Shown: positions 24,968 through 37,447, counted from the stretch's first letter. The stretch is DNA of 64,000 nucleotides from Hydrolagus colliei (GCA_035084275.1 CM068747.1:23250001-23314000); one strand, 5' to 3'. Notes: generated from the letters alone by a model not told the origin. Made by a program: numbers and translations.

Positions 24968-25246
24968 AGCCAGCAAAAATAACAGAGCAAGCACATTCGC
25001 TTAGCGTGACTGTGGGCGATCCAGCCAACCTGGAATGTACTGTCAGTGGTACACCAGAGTTAAACGTAAAATGCTTTAAGGATGGGAAGGAGCTGGTGTC
25101 TAGCAGGAAGTGCACCATCAGCTTTCAGAATAACGTGATCAGCCTAAAGTTTCCATCCGTTTGTAAGGAGGATAGTGGTGATTATACATTTGATGTCAAG
25201 AATCAATTTGCATCCTGCAGATGCAAAGCTTCATTGACAGTCCTAG
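24968..25246 (+). CDS. TTN: Titin Ig exon, SR4-D (core Trp replaced by Cys)
   Basis: 279 bp, intact AG/GT; EPAKITEQAHSLSVTVG..VKCFKDG. Confidence 0.9.
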
Positions 25247-25449
25247 GTTGGTGATTTCTTTGTGTGGAACGATTACATGAGTAAAACATGCATTGACAGG
25301 CCTAGAATTGGTAGGATTTTCTTTGACAGTGCGGTAATTTGCAAATGGAAAAAAAATAATCCTGGTGACAACTACTATATGAGCCCATTGATGATACAAT
25401 GCAAAATGTTTAGGTTATCACAGAAGATCGATCAATCTTAACGCTGATA

Positions 25450-25575
25450 GTCATTGCATTTGATATAGCCCCTTATTACGTCATTCAGCTTCACAGAGTA
25501 TATTGTAAAGTGGATTGGCTGCATATCTTGTGGGCGAAAGGTGACAGCCAATTCTGCAGCGTCCCCAAAATAGGC
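25450..25575 (-). mobile_element. Degenerate SINE 3' half, antisense
   Basis: TTGCATTTGATATAGC..TTCACAGAGTATATTGTAAAGTG..TTGTGGGCGAAA. Confidence 0.7.
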
Positions 25576-25922
25576 GTAGATGGAGTGCCCAAATCATTAC
25601 TGTTACTCTAAACTTAAATTTTGAAGGGATTATTACCCCAGTTCATAATTTTTATTTATAATTTTAAGAAATGATTTCGAGTTGCTTAAACTATCGATTT
25701 CAATCATTTTGGGAGAGATATTTTAGTTAAAACATAAACTCCACTTTGGATTAATTTAAGGGCTTCACGAGAGTTTTTTATACTCAGTTTTTTTTCCTTG
25801 CTAGTTAGAAATTCCTATCAAAGCTAAAGCATTGAAGCGTAAAGTTTGGTGAAATATTTCCCCCTTCCCAACTTTTGTGGTTGAGGTTGACTGGTTGTGT
25901 TTTGTCACTTTGTCTTGGACAG

Positions 25923-26210
25923 ATCAAACAGTTCCTCCAGTATTTACCAGAACATTAAGGAAATTGGGCAGTGTTTTAGGATCTTTTATACGCATGGAAT
26001 GCAAAGTCTCTGGTTCTCTTCCAATCAGTTTTTCATGGTATAAAGATGACACAGTAATATCAGCTAATAAAAGATGCAAACTGTCCAGCCAACACAACAT
26101 GGCGATTTTGGAGATGACAGAACTAGAGATTGCAGATGGTGGAATTTACGCTTGTAAGGCAACCAATTCAGCGGGAAGTGACAATTGCAGCACTGTCTTT
26201 ACTGTAAAAG
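25923..26210 (+). CDS. TTN: Titin Ig exon, SR4-E
   Basis: 288 bp; DQTVPPVFTRTLRKLGS. Confidence 0.95.
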
Positions 26211-26573
26211 GTTTGAGAGATTAATTTATTATATTTCAGTGCGTTCCATAGCTTTGGCAAATCTACCCATTATCTTCACGAATTAAGCTCATTCTCATCA
26301 CATATTTGTTCCCATTTTCATTCTGGCTTTTTAGTTTTCCTCATGTTGATTTAATATAATGATAATAATCATCTTTGCATTTGATATGGCGCCTTATCAT
26401 GTCATTGAGACGACTCTTTTGTTGAATTTGCAATTTGTTATGTCTTTTGCAGTAAATTGCAATTCTAGCTTTGCAAGTGATTTTTAACAGATATCTTACA
26501 ACAACAAAAAAGTTCGGAACAAGAGGAATCTAATTCTATTGAACATTTTTTTTCCCCCAAAATACATTTTTAG

Positions 26574-26852
26574 AACCACCAAGTTTTATAGAGAGACCTG
26601 TTGCCCAGGAGGTTATTCCTGGCTCCGCAGTGCAGTTTAAAAGCGTTGCGAAAGGAACCTCTCCCCTGACCATCAAGTGGCTGAAGGATGGCAGGGAATT
26701 GATGTCTGGAGCTGAATGCTTCATTTTAAACGAAGGCTCATCAAGTTTGCTAGAGCTGTTTTCAGCCAAAGTTTCTGACACCGGTGACTATACTTGCGAA
26801 GCCAGCAACAGCGTTGGCAGTGAAACTTGTACGACAAGGCTATTTGTCAAAG
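26574..26852 (+). CDS. TTN: Titin Ig exon, SR4-F
   Basis: 279 bp; EPPSFIERPVAQEVIPG. Confidence 0.95.
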
Positions 26853-27101
26853 GTGTGCATTTCAGATGGACTCTTTTATTCTTACCAGTTGTGGAACTCT
26901 TAAAAATTCGACCCATCTCTTTATCAATAGCTAAACTTTACAGTGTGTTCGGAAACATTATTTTCCTTCATGTCACGTTGCATGTTCTTTATAACGTCAC
27001 TCTGTTTGTGTCTTCCTCGTTCATTATGCCCCTGTGTGTGGTATATCTTTGATTTAGTCTTTTATCTTTATAATAAGCTTATAAAATGTTTTATTCTCCA
27101 G

Positions 27102-27383
27102 AACCTCCATATTTTATTAAGAAGTTAGACCCAACAACAGTGTTAAAAAAAGGAGAGACAGCACGCTTTGAGTGCAAATTAACTGGCACACCTGAAATCA
27201 ATGTTACTTGGTACAGAAATAACTGTGCAATTAGTGCCAGTGGAAAACACAGCATATCATTTATTGATTCTGTGGCAATCTTTGAAATGACTGATGTCAG
27301 TCTGGATGACAGTGGGAAATATTCTTGTGGAGCGCAGAACGAAGCTGGTAGCGAATCTTGCAGCATTGAAGTTACAGTTCAAG
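27102..27383 (+). CDS. TTN: Titin Ig exon, SR5-A
   Basis: 282 bp; EPPYFIKKLDPTTVLKKG. Confidence 0.95.
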
Positions 27384-27930
27384 GTTTGTAAACATTCCTT
27401 GTTTCACGTTCCATCTGAACAATAATGGGATCTTTTGAAAATATCCCATTATTGCTTTATTTGTGATTATGGATTTGGAGGCTAATATAAGCTGATTTAG
27501 CTTTGATTTTACTAAAATATTTCATTTGGCCAATAAGATTTATAAGTGATTGGTCTTTACTAATTAATTATCCTCACAAATTATTCGCCGTGCGACAATG
27601 TCACCATTTAAAAAATATTTAATTCCCACATTTTATCGTTTAGAATCAACTACTCTTGGCCCAAATTAATTTTTTGAGGCATGTAAATGCCTTTGAAAAT
27701 TGTCATTGAATACAAACCAATCTCGATAACATAACTCTGTGCATTTAGTGAAAGAGGGAATCTGACTTGACTCCCATAATCAGCCACCAAGTTGGCCTTC
27801 AGGCACAAGCCGCTGAAATATTGTTTTTGTGGCTCAAGAATTGTTGATGGGAATCACTGTTTTTTTTTTTTTTAAATGTTTAGTGTCTGGGATTTGTCAA
27901 TTTGTCACGTTGATGTCTTTGCTTTTGTAG

Positions 27931-28209
27931 AACCTCCGTCATTTACCAAGAAGCTTGAATCTGTTGAGGTAGTGAAAGCAAGTGATGTGCTTCTTGAATG
28001 TGAGGTGACTGGTACGGGTCCCTTTGGAGTTACATGGTATAAGAACAAAAAACAGATACGCCCTAGTAAAAAATACAAGATGGTCTCTGAGAGATCGCTA
28101 GCCAGCCTTTGCATTCTAAAGTCTGATATTTCGGATGTTGGTGAATACCAATGTACCGTAAAGAATGATGTGGGCAGTTGTTCCTGTAGTGCTGGAGTCA
28201 GTTTGAAAG
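27931..28209 (+). CDS. TTN: Titin Ig exon, SR5-B
   Basis: 279 bp; EPPSFTKKLESVEVVK. Confidence 0.95.
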
Positions 28210-28325
28210 GTCAGTTGCTTTGTGGTATGAAAAGTCGTTGAACGCATCATTTCAATGAATTATATTGAATGTTTTGCGTGTGCTTCTGTACAATAACAGA
28301 ATGTATTTTGTTCATTTCAAACCAG

Positions 28326-28604
28326 AACGACCGTCCTTCATAGAGACAATAGTAAATGCAACAACATTTTCTGGAAATTCTACAGTATTCCAATGTCTTG
28401 TTAAAGGATCAACTCCCATATCTATAAGATGGATAAAAGCTGACGCTCGTATCAAAGAAGACGAAAAATTTAAAATGTCCTTTGAGAATAATGTTGCTAC
28501 ATTGGAAATAACTAACGTTGAAGACAATCATAGTGGAAAATACATTTGTCAGGCAAAGAATGATGCAGGAGCAGCCCAATGTTTTGCTACTTTGACAGTC
28601 ATGG
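28326..28604 (+). CDS. TTN: Titin Ig exon, SR5-C
   Basis: 279 bp; ERPSFIETIVNATTFSG. Confidence 0.95.
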
Positions 28605-28790
28605 GTCAGTAGGAATTAATCAGCATAATACAATTGAAATTGTGTCCATTTTTTTTTACAATTGATTGAGGATCTCTGTCTCAGAATAGTTGCCGTTTCC
28701 ACGTGGAATTTATTCTGTGAAAGTCTCAATCACAGACAAACGTTGCTGCACAGTTGTTCTGACGTAAATGGTGTGATTTCTTTCCCTTAG

Positions 28791-29069
28791 AACCTGCAAA
28801 AATCATAGAGAAAACTCAGCCACTCACTGTGACTATGGGAGATCCGGCCATACTGGAATGCACCGTGGCTGGTACCCCAGAACTCAAAGTTACCTGGTTC
28901 AAAAATGGGAAAAAGCTGGCATCAAATTCAAAATATAAAACGAGTTTTACGAATAAAGTGGCCAGGCTAAAGATCTTATCTGTTAAAATGGATGATACTG
29001 GGGACTATACATTTGAGGTCCAGAATGAATTTGGAACAAGTGGCTGCAGTGTCCCTTTGACCGTATTAG
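28791..29069 (+). CDS. TTN: Titin Ig exon, SR5-D
   Basis: 279 bp; EPAKIIEKTQPLTVTMG. Confidence 0.95.
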
Positions 29070-29209
29070 GTTTGTGATTCAATTGCATTTTAAAAGGGTT
29101 TAATTGTTATATATATTTTAAAACACACAGACGTTTCTGAATTCGGCATAAAGTTCACAATGCTTCCCTTTTTGATATTTTACGCTTTTTTTGTGTATTT
29201 CTTGGACAG

Positions 29210-29497
29210 ATCAAATAATTCCTCCACTGTTTACAAGGAAATTGAAAGAAATGGACAGTGTTTTAGGATCTTTCATGCACATGGATTGCAAAGTGTCTGG
29301 TTCTATTCCCCTGACTATTTCTTGGTACAAAGATAACAGAGAAATAACAGATAGTAACAAATACAAGATGTCATATCAAGACAACGAACTGACTTTAGAC
29401 GTCGTTGAGTTAGATTTTTCAGATGGTGGGATTTATGTCTGCAGAGCAACAAATTCAGCAGGAAGGGATGAATGCAGTGGTACCTTAACCGTAAAAG
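29210..29497 (+). CDS. TTN: Titin Ig exon, SR5-E
   Basis: 288 bp; DQIIPPLFTRKLKEMDS. Confidence 0.95.
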
Positions 29498-29763
29498 GTT
29501 TGAAAGCCTACATTTTAATACATTTAGTTAGTTTTAAAGCAAGTCGCAAATACACATCTTTTTTTCTAACAATTTTCTGCAGTTACTTGGTGTGTATAAG
29601 CACAGTAAATTAATATATTGCATTACGTTATCTTTATTTTGTTATCAATTTATGTATCAAACAGGACGTAATTCAGAACACTGCATTCTTTTACTTGTAA
29701 TCTCTTAGAGTTTGGAATTTGGAGCTAATCTCATTGAATATCTTCTTTTCACATGAATTTTAG

Positions 29764-30042
29764 AGCCACCAAGTTTTACGGTCAAAATAACGGCCCAGGA
29801 AGTTATACTTGGCTCCACAGTGCAGTTTAGGAGTGTTGTAAAAGGACATTCCCCGCTGTCTACAAAGTGGTTCAAGGATGACAGGGAATTGACGTCTGGT
29901 GTGGCATGTTCCATTTGGAATGAAGGCTCAACACATTTCCTAGAGCTTTTTTCAGCCAAAGTATCTGATGCGGGCAGTTACAGCTGCCAAGTCATCAATG
30001 ATGTTGGTACCGACACCTGTGCAGCAAAATTGTTTGTTAAAG
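29764..30042 (+). CDS. TTN: Titin Ig exon, SR5-F
   Basis: 279 bp; EPPSFTVKITAQEVILG. Confidence 0.95.
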
Positions 30043-30703
30043 GTCTGCATTTCTGGATTTCTTTACCTCAATCGCGATCTAGCATTGTTAGCTAGCCTTT
30101 TCAGCCTTCGAAGATTGGATAGGCTTAACATATTTTATCTTTGGGGCGAGTGCAGACCAGTGGTGGAAGGTTAGACTCCTACAAGGGGTACAGGGGAGGT
30201 GGAGATGAGGGACTATCATGCATTCAAATCAGAGTTTGGAGTAACATTCAAAATTGTAATTATTTGTTCTTCGCTAATCTTTGTTAAGTTGCTTACTTGG
30301 CAGCAGAACATCAGACATCATTTAACAACAACAACAGCAGCAAAATTACATTCATACAGCACCTTTCACGTTGGGAGGACGTTTAAGAACTGGCAGAGAG
30401 CCACACTGCCTTAGAAGTTGGCCTTTGTTAACTGAATACAGAGTAACATTAATTGGTGTTGCTTTGGGAGGGCGGAATCTATAGCTCAAGACAAAGAAAT
30501 ATGATGGAATACAGTAAGATGGAGGAAGATAATTAAAACCAATTAACAAAAAGAAGTAATTTAACTTTGCTTTTCTGTAGAGCAGAAGAGTTTTTTTTAA
30601 TTATAGTTACTTATAAATATCTTTTTTAATTCATCACTATTACTTAAGTCTAGTCGCCTATAGATAACCGTTATATTTAAGATGATTATATTTTGGTTTC
30701 TAG

Positions 30704-30985
30704 AACCTCCGAGCTTCATTAAAAAGCTAGATTCTTCGACAGTGCTGAGGAATGGAGACTCTGCACGCTTTGAATGCATTGTTACCGGCACACCTGAAAT
30801 CAAAATTACTTGGTACAAAAATGGCCATAAAATCAATGCCGATGACAAATACTTGATGTCGTTTGATGATTCTATGGCAGTTCTTGAGATACTTGGTGTT
30901 GATCTGAGTGACAGTACACATTATGCCTGTGAAGCACAGAATGAAGCTGGTAGTGACAGCTGCAGCACCGAAGTGAAAGTTAAAG
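30704..30985 (+). CDS. TTN: Titin Ig exon, SR6-A
   Basis: 282 bp; EPPSFIKKLDSSTVLRNG. Confidence 0.95.
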
Positions 30986-31129
30986 GTCTGTAAAAGTATC
31001 ATCATCGCAATTTGCTCAGAAACAACCTGTGCATAGACAAAGTATTTATTCCCTGATAGTACCAATGAGGTACTATTGTTCTCCGCACTTTGGTTGATAT
31101 GTATTTCTTTCGTTGTGATTACTTCATAG

Positions 31130-31408
31130 AACCTCCCACTTTTAGAAGGAAACTTGAGCATACTGAGGTAGTAAAAGCCTGTGAAGTCACTCTCGAATGC
31201 GAGGTGACTGGTACAGGTCCCTTTGACGTTACGTGGTATAAGGAAAACAAACAGATTTCGTCTAGCGAAAAGTACAAGATGATCACCCAAAACGCTGTAG
31301 TTAGCCTTCTCATTTTGAAGGTGGATGTCTCAGATGCCGGTGACTACAAGTGCACGGTTGCAAATGATGTGGGAAGTTGTACCTGTAATTGCAGTCTCAA
31401 ATTGAAAG
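31130..31408 (+). CDS. TTN: Titin Ig exon, SR6-B
   Basis: 279 bp; EPPTFRRKLEHTEVVK. Confidence 0.95.
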
Positions 31409-31562
31409 GTCAGTTGAAATCCAATAGGATGTTGTTCTGCGATACCGCAGAATATAGTTTAAATCTCACTCTTAACAGGATCTAGAATCATTTGATTATC
31501 ATTTGGGAGAAGAAGGGAGCAGAGAACTTAATTGTATTTTATGACTGTTTATCTTAAACCAG

Positions 31563-31841
31563 ACCCACCATCGTTTGTAAAGAAGATTGAAAATGTTACA
31601 ACTTTTGCTGGAAATTCCGCAGTGTTTCAATGCCTGGTAAAAGGCTCACAACCTTTATCCATAAATTGGATGAAAGATCAGGACGATGTCAAGGAAGATA
31701 ATAATGTCATAATTTCTTTTGAGAATAATGTGGCCGCTCTGCAAATTATATCTGTTGAAGCAAAACACGGTGCAAGATACGTCTGTCAGGCCAAAAATGA
31801 TGCAGGGATTGAGAAATGTTTTGCTACATTGAGAGTAACAG
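31563..31841 (+). CDS. TTN: Titin Ig exon, SR6-C
   Basis: 279 bp; DPPSFVKKIENVTTFAG. Confidence 0.95.
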
Positions 31842-31984
31842 GTTGGTAGCTGGCACTCAGCTGTTTAATTGGACAATGCATGCAAACCAATCATTGGCAA
31901 GTTCAAAATTGTTGTACCTCATCTTACTTTGTTTCATATCATACTTTGTTTCATATCATGCTTTGTGAATTATAGCAGTGAATG

Positions 31985-32475
31985 GCACAGAAAGAGGCCA
32001 TTTGACCCATCACATCTGTGCTCTCCGACTACAGCTAATTCCATTCCCTTGCTCTTTCCGCATACCCTTTAATTTTCTCTCTAGTATTTACCCAATTCCC
32101 TTATAAATGCTACATGGACTCATGGTCCAAAAACCATTTGTATGAAATTATATATTTTTTAAACTTTTATCCTCTCATTCTTCTGGTGATAATGCTCAAT
32201 TTACGTTGAACAGTGGAAAATAGTTGATCATTATTTGCCCGATCAGAACCCATTTTCCATCCCATTTTCCACCCATTTATCATTTTGAAAGCCTCCAGCA
32301 GGCCCTCCCTTAATTTTCCCTGTTCTAATAAAAATAGTCCCAACTTTTGTAAGTCTCCCCACTTTACATATAACCCCTCATTCCCCCTAGTAAATCTCCA
32401 CTGTACCCTCTCAATGAATTTGATCCCCTTTTTATAGTAAGATGCCCCACACTGGACCTAATACTTCCAATTGTG
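31985..32475 (-). mobile_element. Degenerate CR1 LINE 3' region, antisense
   Basis: AGAGGCCATTTGACCCATC (CR1 3' end, reverse complement) and TAGTAAATCTCCACTGTACCCTCTC..CCCCACACTGGACCTAATACTTCCA (reverse complement of LE.YC.Q.W.P...LERVQ.RFTR-like coding). Confidence 0.7.
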
Positions 32476-32581
32476 TGTTGCATAAATTTAACATTGCCTC
32501 TTCTTTGCTTTTGCATTCAAGAGAAAGCTGCATTCAAATGTCAAGTATGTGAACATTACAGTGCAATTTCTTTTCAAACAG

Positions 32582-32860
32582 AACCCGCAAACATTATAGA
32601 AAAAGCAGATTCATGCAATGTAACTATTGGAAATCCGGCAATTTTGCAATGTACTGTGACTGGCACACCAGACTTAAGAGTAAAATGGTTTAAGGATGGA
32701 AAGGAACTGACATCCGACAGACATTATACATTGAGCTTTGAGAAAATGGTGGCCAGTCTAAGGATTATGTCTGTCGAGAAGACGGATAGTGATGAATATA
32801 CTTTCGAAGTCCAAAATGACTTTGGAGTCAGCAGTTGCAAAGCTTCATTGACAGCAATAG
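32582..32860 (+). CDS. TTN: Titin Ig exon, SR6-D
   Basis: 279 bp; EPANIIEKADSCNVTIG. Confidence 0.95.
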
Positions 32861-32994
32861 GTTGGTGTTTTTTCCATATATTGGAACATTAGAAAGTTTA
32901 GATATAAAAGAAATATAATTGAGACATATTCTTCAGTGTGTGTTAAAAAAAAGTTGAATTTTGAAGCTGATTGGTTGTGCTTTATGTTGTGCAG

Positions 32995-33282
32995 ATCGAA
33001 TAATTCCACCAACATTTATGAAAAAATTGAAGGATATGAGCAATGTATTAGGGTCTTCCGTTTCTATGGAGTGCAAAATCGCTGGCTCTCTTCCAATGAG
33101 CATTTATTGGTATAAGGATGATGCAGAGATATCAGATAGCACTAAATATAAAATCTCAATGCAAGATAACATTTCAACTTTGGAGATTAATCAACTTGAT
33201 ATCGCAGGCGGTGGAGTTTATTCTTGCAAAGTATCAAATGTAGCAGGAAGCGCTGAATGCAGTGGTGCATTAACAGTCAAAG
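32995..33282 (+). CDS. TTN: Titin Ig exon, SR6-E
   Basis: 288 bp; DRIIPPTFMKKLKDMSN. Confidence 0.95.
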
Positions 33283-33531
33283 GTTGGAAATAGTACCTTA
33301 TTATCTTCTGCTCAATTTTTCTAATGCTTTTAACATGAAAAATGTCAACAATTTATTTTAAATACCCGCTGCTTTAAATACCGGTATCGTTCGAAAGTTT
33401 TAAATAATCATTCTATGAATCGCGTTATCGGAAATTTATGCCGCTCATTAGCATAAGCTTTCTGCAATCCACGGATCTTCGTAAGCGCTTCTTCTTTCAA
33501 TGTGCACAATTTCTCTTCAATGAATTTTTAG

Positions 33532-33810
33532 AACCACCAAGATTTGTGGTGAAGCCAATTTCACAGGGAGTTTCTCGTGGTTCAAGAGTACAATTTAAGA
33601 GTGTTGTGCAAGGAACGCTCCCGCTCTTTTTCAAATGGTTTAAGGATGACAAGGAGCTAACTGCTGCGGCTACATGTATCATTGTGAAGGAAACTTCCTC
33701 CAGCTCTATTGAACTGTGTTCAGTGAAATCTTCTGATACAGGATACTATACTTGTCACGTCACCAATGATGCTGGCGTAGACACTTGTACCGCAAAACTG
33801 TCCGTAACAG
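33532..33810 (+). CDS. TTN: Titin Ig exon, SR6-F
   Basis: 279 bp; EPPRFVVKPISQGVSRG. Confidence 0.95.
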
Positions 33811-34228
33811 GTGTGGAATTCTGTGTTGTGTTGGTATTGTACATGTTATCTGTTGGGTACATGTCCTGTTTGTCCTATCTTTTATCTATTTCTTTATCTA
33901 TTTCTTTATGTTTCTGAGTGTTCTCAGTACATTTGTCTAATTGTGATCTTCATTACAATAATTTTACATTAGAATCTTAGCATCTTCATTGCATTCTTTT
34001 TTTTATTTGTTCTTTCATATGTTAATCGTTTGTTATGTTATGTTATGTTATGCTAACCACCATTTATTTGGTAATAACAAGTGTCAAACTTAATTTTTTT
34101 TTCTCGCACTTGCTGTTTTATTCAGTCTTTCTTGGTGTATTTCTTTCCTGTTTCATGACTTCAGCCATTCCTCAAAAAGGGATATATTGGTAAACTTTGC
34201 ACTAAGTGTATCTCATTTGATTTCCTAG

Positions 34229-34510
34229 AACCTCCATCCTTTAGTCAGAAGCTGGAGCCCACCAGAGTGCTGAAGAAGGGTGAATCGGCACATTTTGAGT
34301 GCAGAGTGACTGGCACGCCTGAAATCAAGATCTCATGGTTCAAGAACGACAGTGAAATTAGAGCAAGTAACAAATACAGAATGTCCTTCGATAAATCTCT
34401 GGCCGTTCTCGAGCTAGCTGAATCTGACGTGCTGGACAGTGGTGATTACATATGTGAAGCGCACAACGACGCAGGCAGCGTGAGCTGTAGTGTTGCTGTC
34501 ACAGTCAAAG
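34229..34510 (+). CDS. TTN: Titin Ig exon, 10-Ig super-repeat position A
   Basis: 282 bp; EPPSFSQKLEPTRVLKKG. Confidence 0.95.
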
Positions 34511-34613
34511 GTGGGAATGATTGTTGACAAATTGTGTTCGCCTTTGCCTCACAAGGTTCTACAGCTTCTTTGCCATGTACGAATCAATGAAACCAATGAA
34601 TGCTTTCTTGCAG

Positions 34614-34892
34614 AACCCCCTGCGTTCATTAAAACGCTGGAGTCCGTTCACGTACTGAAAGGCACTGATGTCATTCTCCAGAGCACGCTGACTGGCACAG
34701 CTCCTTTTGAAGTCACCTGGCACAAGGACAAACGGCAAATCCGAGCCACTAAAAAATACAAAATGACTTACGAAAACTATGTAGCATGTCTTCATATTCT
34801 TAAAGTGGAAACCTCAGACGTAGGTGAATACCAGTGCATGTCCAAGAATGACGTGGGAAGCGACAGTTGTACTGGGACGTTAAGGCTCAAAG
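34614..34892 (+). CDS. TTN: Titin Ig exon, 10-Ig SR B
   Basis: 279 bp; EPPAFIKTLESVHVLKG. Confidence 0.95.
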
Positions 34893-35008
34893 GTTTGTCA
34901 ATCTTTTTCCAATTGGCTTTTCTTACTTTTCTGGTGTGGGACTTGCAAGAAAAGAGATGCTGAGGTTCGTTCTCCATAATTCTTGCTCTCGTGTCTTTAA
35001 ATCTCCAG

Positions 35009-35287
35009 AGCCGCCTTCGTTTGTGAAGAAACTTTCCAACGCGTCTTCTGTCCTTGGAGAGTCAGTTACCTTGCAGGCTACCATTAAAGGTTCCGAGCCC
35101 ATTCATGTCACTTGGCTGAAGGACAAGGAAGATGTGCGAGATCACGAGCACGTGACAACATCCTTTGAACAAAACGTTGTCACCTTACACATCGCAAAAG
35201 CAAAAGTCATCCATGCCGCAAGTTACACTTGCCAGATCAAAAACGATGCTGGAATGCAAGAGTCCACTGCTACAGTATCAGTCCTAG
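35009..35287 (+). CDS. TTN: Titin Ig exon, 10-Ig SR C
   Basis: 279 bp; EPPSFVKKLSNASSVLG. Confidence 0.95.
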
Positions 35288-35433
35288 GTCAGCAATCTAG
35301 AGACAGTTCCTATTCAATGTCTACGGATATCCATAACGTTAAATCCATATGTAACAGTTCTCCTGACTACTGGTTGATCATTTCCTTTGCGTATCAAAAG
35401 ATGTTTGTAACGCAAAGTGTTCTTATCTTGCAG

Positions 35434-35712
35434 AGCCAGCCACCATTGTGGAGAAGGCAGAGTCTGTCAGTGTGACTGCCGGAGATACAACCATTCTGGA
35501 ATGTGTTGTGGCTGGGACACCAGAACTAAAAGTTATATGGTTCAAAGATGGTAAAGAACTGGTGTCCGGCAGAAAATATAAGATCAGTTTTCAGAACAAG
35601 ATTGCCAGCTTAAAGCTTCTTTGTGGAGAGAGGGAAGATTCAGGACAATATACGTTTGAAGTCCAGAATAATGTTGGTACAGATAGCTGCAAAGCAACAA
35701 TCAATGTTCTAG
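35434..35712 (+). CDS. TTN: Titin Ig exon, 10-Ig SR D
   Basis: 279 bp; EPATIVEKAESVSVTAG. Confidence 0.95.
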
Positions 35713-35837
35713 GTTGGGTTCATTGTCATTTATTCTTTATCCTGTTTTTCTTAAAGATGTTCTTAAATTCTTTATTTTATCTTTTGAAAAGAAAAACTTT
35801 TGTAAATCATTGGGCTGTTGGTGTGTCTCACAAACAG

Positions 35838-36125
35838 ATCGCATTATTCCGCCATCATTCACCAGAAAATTAAAGAAAGCCAATGGTATCCTGGCCTCTC
35901 CCATCCTAATGGAGTGTAAATTGTCCGGATCAGCGCCCTTCACCATCTCCTGGTTCAAAGATGGACAGGAGATCGCACATGAAGCAAAATACGACATCTC
36001 ATTTGCAGATAACACGTGTAATTTAAGAATCAGCACACTGGAAACTTTGGATGCTGGCAATTATACCTGCAAAGCAACAAACGCTGCAGGAAGTGATGAA
36101 TGCAGTGGTATCTTGACGGTGAAAG
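35838..36125 (+). CDS. TTN: Titin Ig exon, 10-Ig SR E
   Basis: 288 bp; DRIIPPSFTRKLKKANG. Confidence 0.95.
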
Positions 36126-36244
36126 GTCAGTTGATTTCTCATTGCAGATATCAAGGCTTTTCTTTTCATCTCGACGATTCTTATATTCAAATAATTTATT
36201 TTTTAATATACCTTTCTGTACTTTTTCATAATAAGTGACTTATT

Positions 36245-36670
36245 GGGGCCTCTCAGTTCACCATGTTATGTAATGCGCTATTGAGTAAAGCAGGTCAGGG
36301 AGGTGTCTGGTGGGATCTCTGGTCTGTGTGGGTTCAGCCTGTCTAAAATGGGGCAGGGGTGGGATGCTAAATTAGCTTTGAGTTTGGAAAGGAGAAAAAT
36401 CAACCAGGGTCCCCTCTCTCTTCTTCACTGGTCAGTAATGCCTGCTAGAAGTCTACACATGTGAATGTTAAATAGCTGACAAGATGGACTTGTTTGCAAT
36501 TTCCTCCCTCCCTCCTTCCCTGTTTAAATACTCCTCTTCCGAAACTCACCATCTTGGCTACAATTTTTTTTTAAAAAGGGACCATTTGGATGAAATATCA
36601 GAGGAATATTGGTGTTCTGTGTAACAATATCCAGGCACGACAAACCACCTTTAGAAGAGAAGAGGACAAA
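36245..36670 (+). repeat. Unclassified old interspersed repeat (SINE-like)
   Basis: GC-richer block in an AT-rich intron; partial resemblance to 48620-48745. Confidence 0.35.
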
Positions 36671-36791
36671 TGTATTTTTTATTTAAAAGGAAGTTTTTTT
36701 TTAGTTAGAGTGAGAAGATGCAGCTTACTCTTAATGATAATCTCTATCAGTTAAATGGATGTCTTAATCCATTTTCTTTTGACCCATTCAG

Positions 36792-37070
36792 AACCACCCT
36801 CATTTGTGAGCAAACCTGAATCTCAGAAGGTTTTACCTAAATCTACAGCAAGATTTACATCTGTTGTTACTGGAACCGTCCCACTGACGGTAAAGTGGTT
36901 TAAAGGTAGCACTGAACTGGTAACTGGAAGAAAATGTCATATTTCTTTGACTGACTCAGTGGCGGTACTCGAACTACTGAACGTAGAACCATCTGAAAGT
37001 GGAGACTATATATGTCAAGTTAGCAATGATGCTGGCAAAGATTCCTGCACAACAAATCTCTTTGTGAAAG
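36792..37070 (+). CDS. TTN: Titin Ig exon, 10-Ig SR F
   Basis: 279 bp; EPPSFVSKPESQKVLPK. Confidence 0.95.
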
Positions 37071-37168
37071 GTTGGTGAAAGTACAAATTGCAAACCATCC
37101 CCATAAAAGTTCACATTGTGCTGCTGGGATCGTTTTTGACCACTTTGGTTTTTGTGTGTCTTTACCAG

Positions 37169-37447
37169 AACCAGCCGTGTTCCAGAAGAAACTAAAGGAT
37201 TCCAGCATTGAACTGAACAAGTCCGTCTGTCTGGACTGCACCTACTCTGGAAGCCCAGAAATTAAGGTTATCTGGAAGAAAAATGATTTCGAATTATTTC
37301 AATCTGAAAAATATACCATAACCACCACCGATAAGTCTTGCATATTAGAAATTCATCACAGCATTAGTGACGATGGTGGGAAATACACTTGTGAGGTGGA
37401 AAATGATGCTGGAGGTGACATTTGTCACGCTGAAGTCACTGTATTAG
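37169..37447 (+). CDS. TTN: Titin Ig exon, 10-Ig SR G
   Basis: 279 bp; EPAVFQKKLKDSSIELN. Confidence 0.95.
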
